64,000 bases of DNA from Candidatus Poribacteria bacterium (GTDB lineage: Bacteria > Poribacteria > WGA-4E > PCPOR2b), in contig OZ244042.1 of assembly GCA_965215015.1 (NCBI GenBank), positions 4,288,001 to 4,352,000 on the forward strand, read 5' to 3'. A program made the translations under genes and the position numbers. The first letter of the stretch is position 1, and each line of letters opens with the position of its first letter. Below, in pieces: positions 49,512 through 59,857 of the stretch. The notes below the pieces were generated by a model. It ran no database searches. It worked only from the letters and a program-made list of their open reading frames with translations, and was not told the origin of the DNA.

Positions 49512-51425
49512 ATGATAGTAGCAAACATGCCAAAAAATATAGTTTTCATCAAGGCGACGGAGATTTCCGCGCCGCCGGCGTGGGCACTCATGGAGCGTCA
49601 ACTTATCTGCCTCATGGAGAAGGCGGTGGATTTGGCGGCACAGAAGTATGGTCGTCTAGATGGAACCCCTTATAATGTGAACGATGTTGATGATACATAC
49701 GAAGCGCATTCATACAAGGGACTCCTCTACGCCATTGGTGCAGAGGAAAGCGTACTCGAAGTCGGTCTCCAAGAGTGGAATGCGATTACCCGGCTTTATG
49801 ATGATGGGGTTGTGCGCCGGAACGATGAACCGCAACACCCGGAATTTCGGGTACAACTCCACAATGAATACTACAACTTGAACGGTCCTGCTGACTGGTT
49901 TCACATGGGCGAAGGGAATCAGTCTTTTTACTGCTTCGGTTTGGCAGATCCAACCCATCCGGAAAACATCGGACGTGCCAAACGGTTCGCAGCGATGTAT
50001 ATGGCTGAAGACACTGGAGCACCCAACTATGACCCTCAATATAAAATCATTCGTTCCCCTTTCCACGGCAGCGTCGGTCCCCGCTTTCACGCAGACCTTG
50101 CGATGGCAAAGATGCTGCTGGACCCAATCTACTATCCGGGCGGCGTTGCCCGTGGGCACGCTCAGCGGTCGAACCTCTATCCGATAGTCAAGGATTTGGA
50201 AGATGATTGGTTTGAAAACCCGGAGCGGGCAGAAGAAATTCTAAGGATTTTCGATGACGTTGTTCTTAACGGTGACATCCCTGACAATTTAGCGGCTACC
50301 GGTCTGATCACCAATGCGTATCTCTACACCGGTGAGGAGAAGTATAAGCGGTGGGTACTGGAATATACCGAAGCTTGGATGGATCGGACACGCGATAATA
50401 ACGGGATTATTCCTGATAACGTCGGACCCACAGGGAAGGTGGGAGAGCAGCGCAACGGTCAGTGGTGGGGGGGATTTTATGGTTGGAATAGTCGCAACTC
50501 CGCCCGTAATGCGTTTTTGGCAGCGACCATCGCCTCTGAATGCTCCCTATTGCTCACCGGCGACTTTGGCTATCTGGAGTTCATCCGCTCACAGATTGAA
50601 TTCTTGTTGAGTCTGGCTAGGACGCGAGAAGACGGTCAACTGCTCGTCCCGACGCGAATCACTCCCGATGGTTGGGAGGGGTATCAGCCGAGGGGAATTC
50701 AGTGGTTGGCGCGGGTGTATCATGCCTCAATGGAGGCAAGGGATTATGAGCTAATTACAAGGCTGCGTGCGGGTGAAAGGGAGAGTGATTGGAATGAAGT
50801 CGAGGTCGCAGGCGACCGGAGCAGCGGGAATCTGGAAGCGCGTTTTAACTACTACGATGGCGTAAACCCCGATTGGCCCGAAAAGCGGTTACAGACAGAG
50901 TATCAGTACGTCTTGGGAATGTATGAGTTTATGCGTCGAGATCCACGCGATAGCGCGCAGATTATCGCTGACAACCGGTGGCCCCCTAACCCTGTCGTCA
51001 CCAAGGGGCTTACGCAAGTAACAATGGGTTCACCGCAGCCTATCTATAACGGCGGGCTGTTACGTGCAACGGTACGCTATTTCGACATGGATTGTGCTCG
51101 GCCGGGGCTCCCGAAAGATGTCGCTGCCTTGGTCGATAAATTGGACTCTGATCGGGTGGGCATCCAACTTGTGAACCTTAGCCGAACTGAAACCCGAAAT
51201 GTGATTGTACAGGCGGGTGCTTTTGGGGAACACCAGTTCACTCAAATCCAATTTCAGACAACCGATCAAGAAGAAACATCGGAGAGGACTGTCCCTGTTG
51301 ATAGTAGGTATTTCGTAGTTGAACTTTCTCCCTCTACAAATATTCAATTGGAGGGAGGGATACAACGTTTTGTGAATCAACCGAGCTATGCCTTTCCGTG
51401 GCATGGTGCCGGTGCCATTTTGTAA
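49512..51425 (+). CDS. Conserved hypothetical protein, probable carbohydrate-active helical-barrel fold
   Basis: Long ORF with GGAGG RBS; DD.YE, DWFHMGEG, IPDNVG and WWGG.YGW motifs. Function not recognised. Confidence 0.7.
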   Translation: MIVANMPKNIVFIKATEISAPPAWALMERQLICLMEKAVDLAAQKYGRLDGTPYNVNDVDDTYEAHSYKGLLYAIGAEESVLEVGLQEWNAITRLYDDGVVRRNDEPQHPEFRVQLHNEYYNLNGPADWFHMGEGNQSFYCFGLADPTHPENIGRAKRFAAMYMAEDTGAPNYDPQYKIIRSPFHGSVGPRFHADLAMAKMLLDPIYYPGGVARGHAQRSNLYPIVKDLEDDWFENPERAEEILRIFDDVVLNGDIPDNLAATGLITNAYLYTGEEKYKRWVLEYTEAWMDRTRDNNGIIPDNVGPTGKVGEQRNGQWWGGFYGWNSRNSARNAFLAATIASECSLLLTGDFGYLEFIRSQIEFLLSLARTREDGQLLVPTRITPDGWEGYQPRGIQWLARVYHASMEARDYELITRLRAGERESDWNEVEVAGDRSSGNLEARFNYYDGVNPDWPEKRLQTEYQYVLGMYEFMRRDPRDSAQIIADNRWPPNPVVTKGLTQVTMGSPQPIYNGGLLRATVRYFDMDCARPGLPKDVAALVDKLDSDRVGIQLVNLSRTETRNVIVQAGAFGEHQFTQIQFQTTDQEETSERTVPVDSRYFVVELSPSTNIQLEGGIQRFVNQPSYAFPWHGAGAIL

Positions 51426-51447
51426 ATAAATTCAAAAAGGTAATTAT

Positions 51448-52476
51448 ATGGCCAGACAGACTGCTGTAAGTATCGCTGAAGATGCGTTTTACATCAATGG
51501 AAAAATAACCTATCCGGGTCGATTTTATAACGGGCATAAAATTGAGGGGCTACTCCTCAATTCGCGGATGGTGCAGGGGATTTTCGACGATCGGAATCCG
51601 GAGACTGTCCGCATGTGGGCGTATCCCGACACCGACGAATGGGACGCGGAAAGGAACACGCGAGAGTTTCTAGAGGCAATCCCTGAATGGAAATCTTATG
51701 GGTTGCTCGCATTCACAATTAATCTTCAAGGTGGCAGTCCCGAAGGATACTCAAAAGAGCAGCCCTGGCACAATTCGGGAATTGAAGCCGATGGCAGCTT
51801 GAATCCCGATTATCTCGATCGACTGACTCGCATCATTGATCGTGCAGATGAACTTGGGATGGTTGTAATTTTGGGTTATTTCTACTTCGGGCAAGATCAG
51901 CGCGTCCGTGACGAGGAGGCGGTCATTCGTGGTGTGGATAACGTTACGCACTGGACCTTCGATCAGGGCTATACAAATGTTCTCGTTGAGGTCAACAACG
52001 AATGCAATGTCCAGCGATATATTCACGACATCCTGAAACCGGACCGCGTTCATGAGTTAATTGAACGAGTTAAGGGAATAACCCGCGATGGGCGGCTGCT
52101 ACTTGTCGGGACGAGCTACGGTGGGGGAAGGGTCTCACGGGAGAATGTCGTGCGAGCATCCGATTTTCTGCTAATGCACGGCAACGGTGTCCGCGACCCC
52201 AACCGTATCGCAGAAATGGTTCATCAGGCGCGACAGGTGCCCGGCTATCGAACCATGCCGATTCTGTTCAACGAAGATGATCATTTTGATTTCGACAAGC
52301 CGCTCAATAACTTTGTCGCTGCGATTAGCGAGTATGCCTCGTGGGGTTATTTTGATCCGGGTGAGAATAACTACCGCGATGGCTACCAGAGTGTGCCGGT
52401 GCAGTGGGGACTCAACACAAAACGTAAGAAGGCTTTCTTTGAGAAGGTTCGACAAATCGTGGGCGATAGCGCGTAA
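51448..52476 (+). CDS. Putative glycoside hydrolase-like TIM barrel protein
   Basis: LVEVNNE and PILFNED, resembling clan GH-A acid/base and nucleophile positions. Confidence 0.65.
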   Translation: MARQTAVSIAEDAFYINGKITYPGRFYNGHKIEGLLLNSRMVQGIFDDRNPETVRMWAYPDTDEWDAERNTREFLEAIPEWKSYGLLAFTINLQGGSPEGYSKEQPWHNSGIEADGSLNPDYLDRLTRIIDRADELGMVVILGYFYFGQDQRVRDEEAVIRGVDNVTHWTFDQGYTNVLVEVNNECNVQRYIHDILKPDRVHELIERVKGITRDGRLLLVGTSYGGGRVSRENVVRASDFLLMHGNGVRDPNRIAEMVHQARQVPGYRTMPILFNEDDHFDFDKPLNNFVAAISEYASWGYFDPGENNYRDGYQSVPVQWGLNTKRKKAFFEKVRQIVGDSA

Positions 52477-52501
52477 ACGGATGTCAATCTATCTTTGAAC
52501 T

Positions 52502-52991
52502 ATAATTAACTTGCTAGGGCGTGTTGACATTTGACAGCACGGAGGTCAAAGGTTCTCAGAACGGAGTAGGGTTGAGCGGGAACCGGGAAATGGTAGTAGG
52601 CATACTCCGTACGCCGCAACCTTAAAAGTTCATCAATTGCACGAATGAACCAACATAGCCCCAGCAGGGAGATGTCTATAGAACATAGGCAAACCAATTT
52701 CCCTAAGCCCCAAATACCCGGTAGGTCGTCCGTCAATTCTTGGCTCATTGAGAAACACCCCGACTATAGGGCAATGTTCTGGGCGGATTGAGCTAGGATG
52801 ATTGCGTGATAGTATTGGTATCTACCTTATGCAACGTTCCGGGTCTTTTCAACATGTGTCACATTGGGGTAGGTACAGTGGATCGAGAAAATCACTGCTC
52901 TTCGTTCAGTCTCTCGATCGTAGTAAATAGTAAATGTCGAGCATGAAAACTCGACCTCTGAGTTATCTAGCAATCTAGCAACTTGAGTTAT
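52502..52991. mobile_element. Composite family-B element with a nested family-C end and REP-like modules
   Basis: ATAATTAACTTGCTAG...CTAGCAACTTGAGTTAT; TAGGGCGTGTTGACATTTG at 52515; GTAGGCATACTCCGTACGCCG; inverted 15444 module. Confidence 0.55.
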
Positions 52992-53013
52992 AATTAACAC
53001 ACAGGAGAACAGT

Positions 53014-53781
53014 ATGAGATTTGGCGTTTGCGCTCCGCTCGAAAAAATTGATAGGCTCGCAGCGGTTGGTTATGACTATATCGAATTGGGAGTGAGAAAT
53101 GCGCTCATTCCAGAAGCGAGCGATGCAGAATTTCAAAAAATTCAGGAACGCGTGGCACAGGCTGAATTGAAGCCCGAAGCCTACGCCGGTTTTATTCCCG
53201 GTGATCTGCGTGTCGTCGGGGATGCGGTTGATTTTCCACGGTTGTCGCGTTATGTCGAAACTGCGTGTCGTCGAGCGAAGGGGATTGGCGGAGAAATTAT
53301 TGTCTATGGGAGCAGTGGATCCCGCAATCTTGAGGGCGGTTATTCGCACGAGAAAGCGTTAGATCAGATTGCGGAATTTTTAGATATGGCTGCGGATCAC
53401 GCTGAAGCAAACGATATTACTATCGTGATTGAGCCGATTTGTCACCGGGAGGGGAATATCCTCCGCACTGTTGCTGACGGATTGGAGATGGCGCAACGAG
53501 TCAACCGGGAGGGGATTCAGTTGCTGGCAGATCTTTACCATGTCTGGCAGGAGGACGAGCCGATGCAGGATATCATCTATGCCGCGGAGTGGTTGGCGCA
53601 TGTCCACATCGCCGAGCCGGTCAAACGCTCATATCCGGGCAACGATGACTTTGATTTCGAGGAGTTCTTCACCGCGCTTGAGGATGCGGGCTACGATGGG
53701 CGTGTCTCCTGCGAGTGCAGTTTTGATGATTTTGATGCCGATGTGGAAACCGCTCTCCGGACGATGAGAACGTATATCTGA
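53014..53781 (+). CDS. Sugar phosphate isomerase/epimerase
   Basis: GYDYIE, IEP, ADLYH, HVHIA and GYDGRVSCE. Confidence 0.9.
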   Translation: MRFGVCAPLEKIDRLAAVGYDYIELGVRNALIPEASDAEFQKIQERVAQAELKPEAYAGFIPGDLRVVGDAVDFPRLSRYVETACRRAKGIGGEIIVYGSSGSRNLEGGYSHEKALDQIAEFLDMAADHAEANDITIVIEPICHREGNILRTVADGLEMAQRVNREGIQLLADLYHVWQEDEPMQDIIYAAEWLAHVHIAEPVKRSYPGNDDFDFEEFFTALEDAGYDGRVSCECSFDDFDADVETALRTMRTYI

Positions 53782-53908
53782 GCTGGTTCTTGATACAGTT
53801 TTTGACTGCTCAATTCTTTGCCCTTTAATTTTTGTTTTAATCTTTGTATACGTTAAAATTCGCGCACAGTTGGCATGGAGCTTCAAACTCCAATTTTCAA
53901 TGTTGCTT

Positions 53909-54868
53909 ATGGATACGATTCAAGGCCAAGTCATTCGAGCCAGAACCAGCTTCTATGATGTTCAGGACAGCAGCGCGGTCCTTCGTTGTCAGCTACGTGG
54001 GCGCGTCAAGCGTGCTCAGAGGTCTGCAGAGGGTAGGCAGATCTATGCGGACCCCGTCGCTGTCGGCGATCAGGTTGTCGTAACGCCGCTCGATAATGAA
54101 GCGGGGGTCATTGAGGAGATTTTACCGCGTCGGACAAAATTTTCGCGCAGATACCCCGGCAAGCGCGATGCCATCGAACAGATTGTTGTCGCGAATGCGG
54201 ATCAGGTGGTTACTGTCCTCTCAACGCGTCTACCTGACCTAAACTTGCGTTTCTTGGATCGATTTCTAATTTTAGCGGAAGTTGGTGAGATGGAGGCCGT
54301 TGTTTGCCTGAATAAAATCGATCTCATTGATTCAGCGGAGCAGCGAAATTTACGTTCAATTCTGAGTGCCTACAAGCAGCTTGGCTATCCGGTAATCTTT
54401 ACTAGTATCCATCATCCGCAGAGCATTGAACGCTTTCGAGAGATACTGCGGGATCAACTCAGCGTTATCGTCGGTGCGTCTGGTGTCGGGAAGTCGAGCC
54501 TGTTGAATGCAGTTCAGCCGGGGTTGGGCTTACGCGTCGGCGAAGTGGGACTAAAAACGGGGAAGGGCAGACACACGACGACATTGGTTGAACTTTTTTC
54601 CCTAGAATTTGGGGGTGAGGTGGCGGATACGCCGGGTATTCGGGAGGTTGGCTTGTGGGGGGTTGATACGGAGAACCTGGATCTCTATTTTCCAGAGATG
54701 GAAAGTTATCTGGGCAAATGCAAATACACAGATTGTGTTCACCTGTCTGAGCCCGGGTGTGCAGTTACTGAGGCGGTTAATACAGGTGCAATTAGTGAGA
54801 TCCGCTATTTGAGCTATGTTTCACTAAAAAACGATGAGAAGATAGAAGACTCAATGCCTATCTTATAA
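53909..54868 (+). CDS. rsgA: Ribosome small subunit-dependent GTPase
   Basis: NKID, GASGVGKSS, GRHTT, DTPG and CKYTDC.H..EPGC. Confidence 0.96.
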   Translation: MDTIQGQVIRARTSFYDVQDSSAVLRCQLRGRVKRAQRSAEGRQIYADPVAVGDQVVVTPLDNEAGVIEEILPRRTKFSRRYPGKRDAIEQIVVANADQVVTVLSTRLPDLNLRFLDRFLILAEVGEMEAVVCLNKIDLIDSAEQRNLRSILSAYKQLGYPVIFTSIHHPQSIERFREILRDQLSVIVGASGVGKSSLLNAVQPGLGLRVGEVGLKTGKGRHTTTLVELFSLEFGGEVADTPGIREVGLWGVDTENLDLYFPEMESYLGKCKYTDCVHLSEPGCAVTEAVNTGAISEIRYLSYVSLKNDEKIEDSMPIL

Positions 54869-54902
54869 AGCTGTTCGCCCATAGGCTTAGCAGCGAAGTG
54901 GC

Positions 54903-55487
54903 TCAAGAGTCATGTTTCGGGGGAACGCGTCCGTTAAACTGGTTCATTGCTGTCTGAACCCCTTCTGTAACAAGGGTTTCAATCGCGTCAGCCGCACAGG
55001 GGATTGCCCAATCGATATATTCTCTTTCGGCGGCGGAAAATTCGTTCAGGACGTGATCCATCCAGTCCCCTTCTACCTTCCCGATGCCCACACGCAAGCG
55101 CGGAAAATCCTGTGTGCCAAGGTGATGGATAATTGATTTCATTCCGTTATGCCCACCATCGCTTCCCGCCTTTCGCATCCGCAGGGCACCGATGTCTAGG
55201 TTCAGGTCATCGTAAACTACGCATAGGCCATGTGGGGGTATGTCAAACTTCTGGACGAGCATGTTGACAGCCTCCCCGCTATTGTTCATGTAGGTCATCG
55301 GTTTGGCAAAGATAACCTCCGAGCTGTGCCATTCTGTTTGAGCGATGAGCGACCGACACAGGGGTTCTAACCGATTTAGCTGTAATCTCAGCAGGAGTTC
55401 ATTGACAATCCAAAATCCGAGGTTATGCTTGGTGTTTTCGTATCGTGGTCCCGGATTGCCGAGCCCAACGATTAGTTTTGTTGGCAT
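54903..55487 (-). CDS. pth: Peptidyl-tRNA hydrolase
   Basis: LIVGLGNPG, KP.TYMN.SG, GGHNG and RLRVGIG. Confidence 0.97.
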   Translation of the reverse strand: MPTKLIVGLGNPGPRYENTKHNLGFWIVNELLLRLQLNRLEPLCRSLIAQTEWHSSEVIFAKPMTYMNNSGEAVNMLVQKFDIPPHGLCVVYDDLNLDIGALRMRKAGSDGGHNGMKSIIHHLGTQDFPRLRVGIGKVEGDWMDHVLNEFSAAEREYIDWAIPCAADAIETLVTEGVQTAMNQFNGRVPPKHDS

Positions 55488-55621
55488 AAATATTATTGAC
55501 CAATGGTGCTAGTTTACAACTGTTGATATGCTCTTGCGTGAAGCGTGAAAACGATTTGTTCATGGGGTCATGATTGGTTCATTAGTGAACTTCTGAATGA
55601 ATGAACTCTTGCACGATAAAT

Positions 55622-56326
55622 TTATTGATCCATTTCTTGCCCGCTGGCCTCCCCCACCTCTAATGTCCCTCTTTCTGCTTCCACCGACTCCACTTCCGTT
55701 GATTCTGCCACTCCACTCACGACTTCCAATTCCACTGAAAGGTTCAACGGCTTTGAAATATCGATATGCCCTCCAATTGTATCCGTTTCAAGTCCTTCAA
55801 TAAGAATCTGCACCTTTCTAATCTGATCCGGGAAATTTGCCTTAACAGTTCGTAGGATTGCACCCACAGTAAGGGCTTCACCGGTTGTGCCGCCGATATG
55901 TTCGTCTTTGAGATGGCGTGAGAAATCCAAATACGCTGTTGCTCCCTCGTCAATATACACTTCATGGAGCAGTGTACCTTTGGGGATAGTTTGGTAAAAG
56001 TCGTTGTTGGAATCGCCGAGGAGTTGGGTGAGAGTCTGTTTGAGACGTTCAGTGACATCTTGGGAAAGGTCTAGCTCCCGTTCTTCACTGACAAGTCTGA
56101 GCGAGTCGGTATCAAAGAAGAAGAGCGTACACTTCTGAAGCTGGGTCTGAGGCTCATCAGGAGTAACAATGGGGGGGAGGGGAGGTGGTGTTGGATCGGT
56201 CTGCTTAGAGTCGCATGATATTAATATCGCTAAAATAACAATGGCGACTGTGAGAGCTATGCCTAAGGTTGTAATTCGCCAAATCTGTTTGAATTTTAGA
56301 CTTTTGTGTGCCGCATTATCTGCCAT
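55622..56326 (-). CDS. GerMN domain lipoprotein
   Basis: IP.GT.L, AYLDFS, GGTTGE, V.ILIEG and GHID. Confidence 0.85.
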   Translation of the reverse strand: MADNAAHKSLKFKQIWRITTLGIALTVAIVILAILISCDSKQTDPTPPPLPPIVTPDEPQTQLQKCTLFFFDTDSLRLVSEERELDLSQDVTERLKQTLTQLLGDSNNDFYQTIPKGTLLHEVYIDEGATAYLDFSRHLKDEHIGGTTGEALTVGAILRTVKANFPDQIRKVQILIEGLETDTIGGHIDISKPLNLSVELEVVSGVAESTEVESVEAERGTLEVGEASGQEMDQ

Positions 56327-57482
56327 TTGCAGCTTCCTCTACCTGATTGGATTCTGCGATATAAGTCTGGATTGCCTGCAATATCTCTGTCGCGATGGAG
56401 ACAAGGTGGTCGGCGTCGGTGAGTCGTGCTTCATCAGTTTCATTGGATAGATAGCCGATTTCAATGAGAACTGCCGGCATGTAAACGTCTGCTAGCGTTG
56501 CCAGTGGTATCTCAGTCAGGGAAATCGGTGTCGGCGAAAGTGTCTCCAATTCCGTCTGGAGAATCGTGGCAAACTGCCGACTCTGCATCAGAAAATCTTC
56601 TTGGGAGAGTTCTTGGATAGTTGTGCTATGCTGTGAAGTTTCGTTGGGATTAGGGGGTGGAGGGTCTTGGGTAATGTCCAATGAATTGCTGATATAGAGA
56701 TGGATGCCTGCTGCGAGATCCGAAAAAGAGGTGTTACAGTGTAGACTCAGAAAGAGGCTTCCATAATTGTTTTGAGCAATATTGATTCGCTCTTTCGGGT
56801 GCTGCTCAAAGTCTGCATCTCGCGTCAATATTACTTCGACCTGATGCTGGCGGGCAACCGCCTCAATCTGTTTGGCGAGGTCAAGGACAATATCTTTCTC
56901 AGCTACCCTTGTGCGCCCGTGACAACCCGTATCTCCACCGCCGTGTCCGGGATCAAGGATAACCAGAAATTTTGCCGGTCCATCCGCAACTGTAGTAGGG
57001 GAAAGGTCGGGGAGCGGTGTAGTTCCTTCAGTAATGTGTATCGCCTGTATTACGGGGTTATGGGTCACCTTAAAATCGTAGACCTGGGGGAGCAGATCGG
57101 TAAAAAATTCGAGTGGCAGCATCAATTTTTCCCCAATGATAAGTGGGGGATGAGGGAGCGACAATTCCATTTCGTCCGCATTGACACTAACAGAAAGCGA
57201 CCCAATTCGTAGACGCAGCTGCTTCCCTTTCACATTCAAAGTCATTCGCTTTGTCAAAGAGCTATACTGTTGCCTCATGCCCGAATCAAATGCCTCCCGC
57301 AAGGTCTGAACCGGAAGATACAAACTACCATTTCGTACTACAACCGCTGCTTGGGCAAGGGTATTGCCGCTTCCGTCAACAAAGCGGATTGGCGAGGATT
57401 GAGCAAAGCTCAGACTGACACAACTCAAGAACAGAATTGCAACGAATAGAATGAATTGACGCGCCGTTAAGTGCTTGACCAT
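56316..57482 (-). CDS. N-acetylmuramoyl-L-alanine amidase (Amidase_3) with an N-terminal stalk domain
   Basis: LDPGHGG, EK, SLHCN and PAVLIEIGY. Start moved to the ATG at 57482 (signal peptide; the upstream extension is repeat DNA). Confidence 0.9.
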   Translation of the reverse strand: MVKHLTARQFILFVAILFLSCVSLSFAQSSPIRFVDGSGNTLAQAAVVVRNGSLYLPVQTLREAFDSGMRQQYSSLTKRMTLNVKGKQLRLRIGSLSVSVNADEMELSLPHPPLIIGEKLMLPLEFFTDLLPQVYDFKVTHNPVIQAIHITEGTTPLPDLSPTTVADGPAKFLVILDPGHGGGDTGCHGRTRVAEKDIVLDLAKQIEAVARQHQVEVILTRDADFEQHPKERINIAQNNYGSLFLSLHCNTSFSDLAAGIHLYISNSLDITQDPPPPNPNETSQHSTTIQELSQEDFLMQSRQFATILQTELETLSPTPISLTEIPLATLADVYMPAVLIEIGYLSNETDEARLTDADHLVSIATEILQAIQTYIAESNQVEEAANGR

Positions 57483-57630
57483 AAGATTATAGTAACCAAT
57501 GGTGCTAGTTTGCGCCTGTTGATACACTCTCCGATCAAAGACCGGGCGTAAAACGGGAAAATACCCCCTGTAATCCCCCCGCAAGCAGGGGGAGGGGGGT
57601 ATTGGTGCATGGGTGGATTGGTTCATTAAT

Positions 57631-57894
57631 TAGGAGTTACGCACGTGGGTTTGTCGTAAGGCAATTCAACCCGCATCACGATAGACCATAAATCACAAGC
57701 ATACTCCGTATGCCGTAACCGTTGTCCCAACGACGGCACGCGGAGCAGGCCTACGACTTTGGGATTCACTGTCGCCGCTCGATGAATCGCCGGGGATACC
57801 ATGACTCTAGCATAAGAGTCATGGCTCAACCAACCACGAACATGGCACCACCTTTTCTGGTGCTGGCGTCAAAGGATCAACTGCGTAAGCCCTA
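57631..57894 (-). mobile_element. Miniature element, family A
   Basis: Ends TAGGAGTTACGCACGTG and TCAACTGCGTAAGCCCTA; right half homologous to the 19749 element. Confidence 0.8.
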
Positions 57895-58144
57895 AATGTA
57901 CGAATGAACTCTTCAAATAAACCGATGAACTGTTGAATGCAAACGATGTGGAAACGACAGTCTCACCAACTCGCACCAAAGGTCAGTAGAGCGGTTCCGA
58001 TAATCGAGGTAAACTCCGCCCCGACCTATTGGAAATCTACTGCGGTTGTCACGATTGATTCTGACGACTTATTGTAGAGGGGACTGCGTTGCCTATAACA
58101 ATATCATAAAGCAGTGGATAACTTGCAAGCAAGATTCCACATAC

Positions 58145-58813
58145 CTATCCCTCATCCTCTTCCGCATCATCACTGCGGCGAGAAATAACTTCCGGCTCCG
58201 CATCTTCATCGACTTCGATTTCTTCTTCAGCATCTTCCTCTGCTGTTAGTTCTTCCTCTATTCTTGGTGGGACAATGGCGACAATTCGCGTGTTCGGATC
58301 GTCTAGGATTTCAATCTCTTCAGGCAGAGAAATATCTTCCACAGAAAGTCTATCGTCAATTTCCAATTCGTTAATATCGACCTCGATTTCTTCAGGTAAA
58401 AGCGTTGGGAGACAGCGTAACGTTAATTGTCGGTGTGGGAACTCAAGAATTCCTCCCTCTCGGACCCCCGGGGCGGATCCAACAAGGATGATAGATGCCG
58501 CCGAGGTAATCGGCTCATCCATCGAGATGCGTAGGAGATCGGTGTGCAGCAGTTGATTACTTACTGGGTCCCTCTGGATTTCTTTCACCATAACGTTTTC
58601 GGTGCCGTGATCCGCGATTTCTAAGTTGATAAAAGCATTTTCCCCATAGTCTTGCAGAAAATTCTTAAATCCTCGTTCTTCAATTCGGATGGGGATAGTC
58701 TCGTTTTTCTGACCGTACAGTATTGCCGGAATGTGCCCTGCACGCCGCATGCCACGTGCAGCACCTTTGCCGGAAGCCTCCCGTTTTTGGGCGTCAAGTT
58801 TAACTTGTTGCAT
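58145..58813 (-). CDS. rplY: 50S ribosomal protein L25 / Ctc
   Basis: GKGAAR.MR..G.IPAILYG, KEIQRDP...H.D and an acidic tail. Confidence 0.96.
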   Translation of the reverse strand: MQQVKLDAQKREASGKGAARGMRRAGHIPAILYGQKNETIPIRIEERGFKNFLQDYGENAFINLEIADHGTENVMVKEIQRDPVSNQLLHTDLLRISMDEPITSAASIILVGSAPGVREGGILEFPHRQLTLRCLPTLLPEEIEVDINELEIDDRLSVEDISLPEEIEILDDPNTRIVAIVPPRIEEELTAEEDAEEEIEVDEDAEPEVISRRSDDAEEDEG

Positions 58814-58827
58814 ATTGTACTCCTCTA

Positions 58828-58866
58828 AAATAAAAGAAAGCCGTAGCTGTGATATAGCTACGGCTT
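58828..58866 (-). terminator. Intrinsic terminator-like hairpin after tRNA-Gln
   Basis: AAGCCGTAGCT...AGCTACGGCTT stem followed by TCTTTTATTT on the minus strand. Confidence 0.65.
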
Positions 58867-58875
58867 ATGGAAATA

Positions 58876-58947
58876 CTGGGCGGGTAGGGATCGAACCTAC
58901 GAATGCGGGTGCCAAAGACCCGTGCCTTACCGCTTGGCGACCGCCCA
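58876..58947 (-). tRNA. tRNA-Gln (UUG), CCA not encoded
   Basis: TGGGCGG acceptor, CCAAGCGGTAAGG D arm, CGGGT-CTTTGGC-ACCCG anticodon arm and GTAGGTTCGATCCCTAC T arm. Confidence 0.95.
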
Positions 58948-59856
58948 TCAAGAGATACGCACTCCCACGCTACTCAGGGGCGTTGCACTGCAAAAAGCGA
59001 AATCGTTCTCGAAGTTCATGGCAGCCAGCTTCGCTCGATTTTGGCTTTGCATAACCGCAAACACCGTTGCGCCGCTTCCTGACATAAGCACCCCGCAACT
59101 ACCAGGGCAGTTGCCCAACTTCGTTTTGATTTCGGCGATAGCAGGATATTGCGAGAGAACAGGTACTTCTAAGCCGTTATAGAGATGGCGCACGACTCCG
59201 AAAAGCTCGCCATTCCGTAAACAACGAGTCAGCATTGTAACATTTTTTTTGGGTGCAGTCAATGATAAATTGATTTGTTGATAAACCCAGGCGGTGGAAA
59301 TTGCAAAGCCGGGGTTTGCAAGTAGAATCCACGCTTCCTCTAACGGAGGCAATGGGGTCAAGATTTCGCCAATGCCGCGTCCAAGGGCAGCACCACCCAG
59401 AATACAAAATGGCACATCTGCGCCAAGTTGTACGCCCAGCTGCATTAGCTCTGTCCGCGTCAATCCAAGATTAAAAAGGACATTCATCCCACAAAGGACC
59501 GCGGCGGCATCCGCACTGCCTCCGCCAAGCCCTGCTGCAATAGGTATTCGTTTCACAATTTTAATCTTAACACCATTCAGATTGGGTGCATTATCAAGCA
59601 GCAACTTTGCAGCACGATAGGCAAGGTTGCGTGGGTTGCACGGCACATGTGGGTGTTCGCAGTGCACTGTGATTTGTCTATCGGTGCCTTTGTGAAGGTA
59701 GATGTCGTCATGCAGGCCGATTGAATGAAAAATTGTTTCGATTTCGTGATAGCCATCGGGACGTTTACCGACCACGTCAAGGTACAGGTTAATTTTTGCG
59801 TGTGCCTGTATGTGCAAGTGCTCGCCTCCCGATTCATCGGCGTCGAAATCTGCCAT
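58948..59856 (-). CDS. ispE: 4-diphosphocytidyl-2-C-methyl-D-erythritol kinase
   Basis: AKINLYL, KRIP.AAGLGGGSADAA, LGADVPF and MSGSG. Confidence 0.97.
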   Translation of the reverse strand: MADFDADESGGEHLHIQAHAKINLYLDVVGKRPDGYHEIETIFHSIGLHDDIYLHKGTDRQITVHCEHPHVPCNPRNLAYRAAKLLLDNAPNLNGVKIKIVKRIPIAAGLGGGSADAAAVLCGMNVLFNLGLTRTELMQLGVQLGADVPFCILGGAALGRGIGEILTPLPPLEEAWILLANPGFAISTAWVYQQINLSLTAPKKNVTMLTRCLRNGELFGVVRHLYNGLEVPVLSQYPAIAEIKTKLGNCPGSCGVLMSGSGATVFAVMQSQNRAKLAAMNFENDFAFCSATPLSSVGVRIS

Positions 59857-59857
59857 G

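Noticed and set aside
53870-53885. Sigma-54 motif before rsgA (TGGCAT-N5-TTCA)
   Set aside because: Lacks the conserved -12 GC.
57483-57626. N-terminal extension of the amidase
   Set aside because: It translates repeat DNA; the signal peptide begins at 57482.
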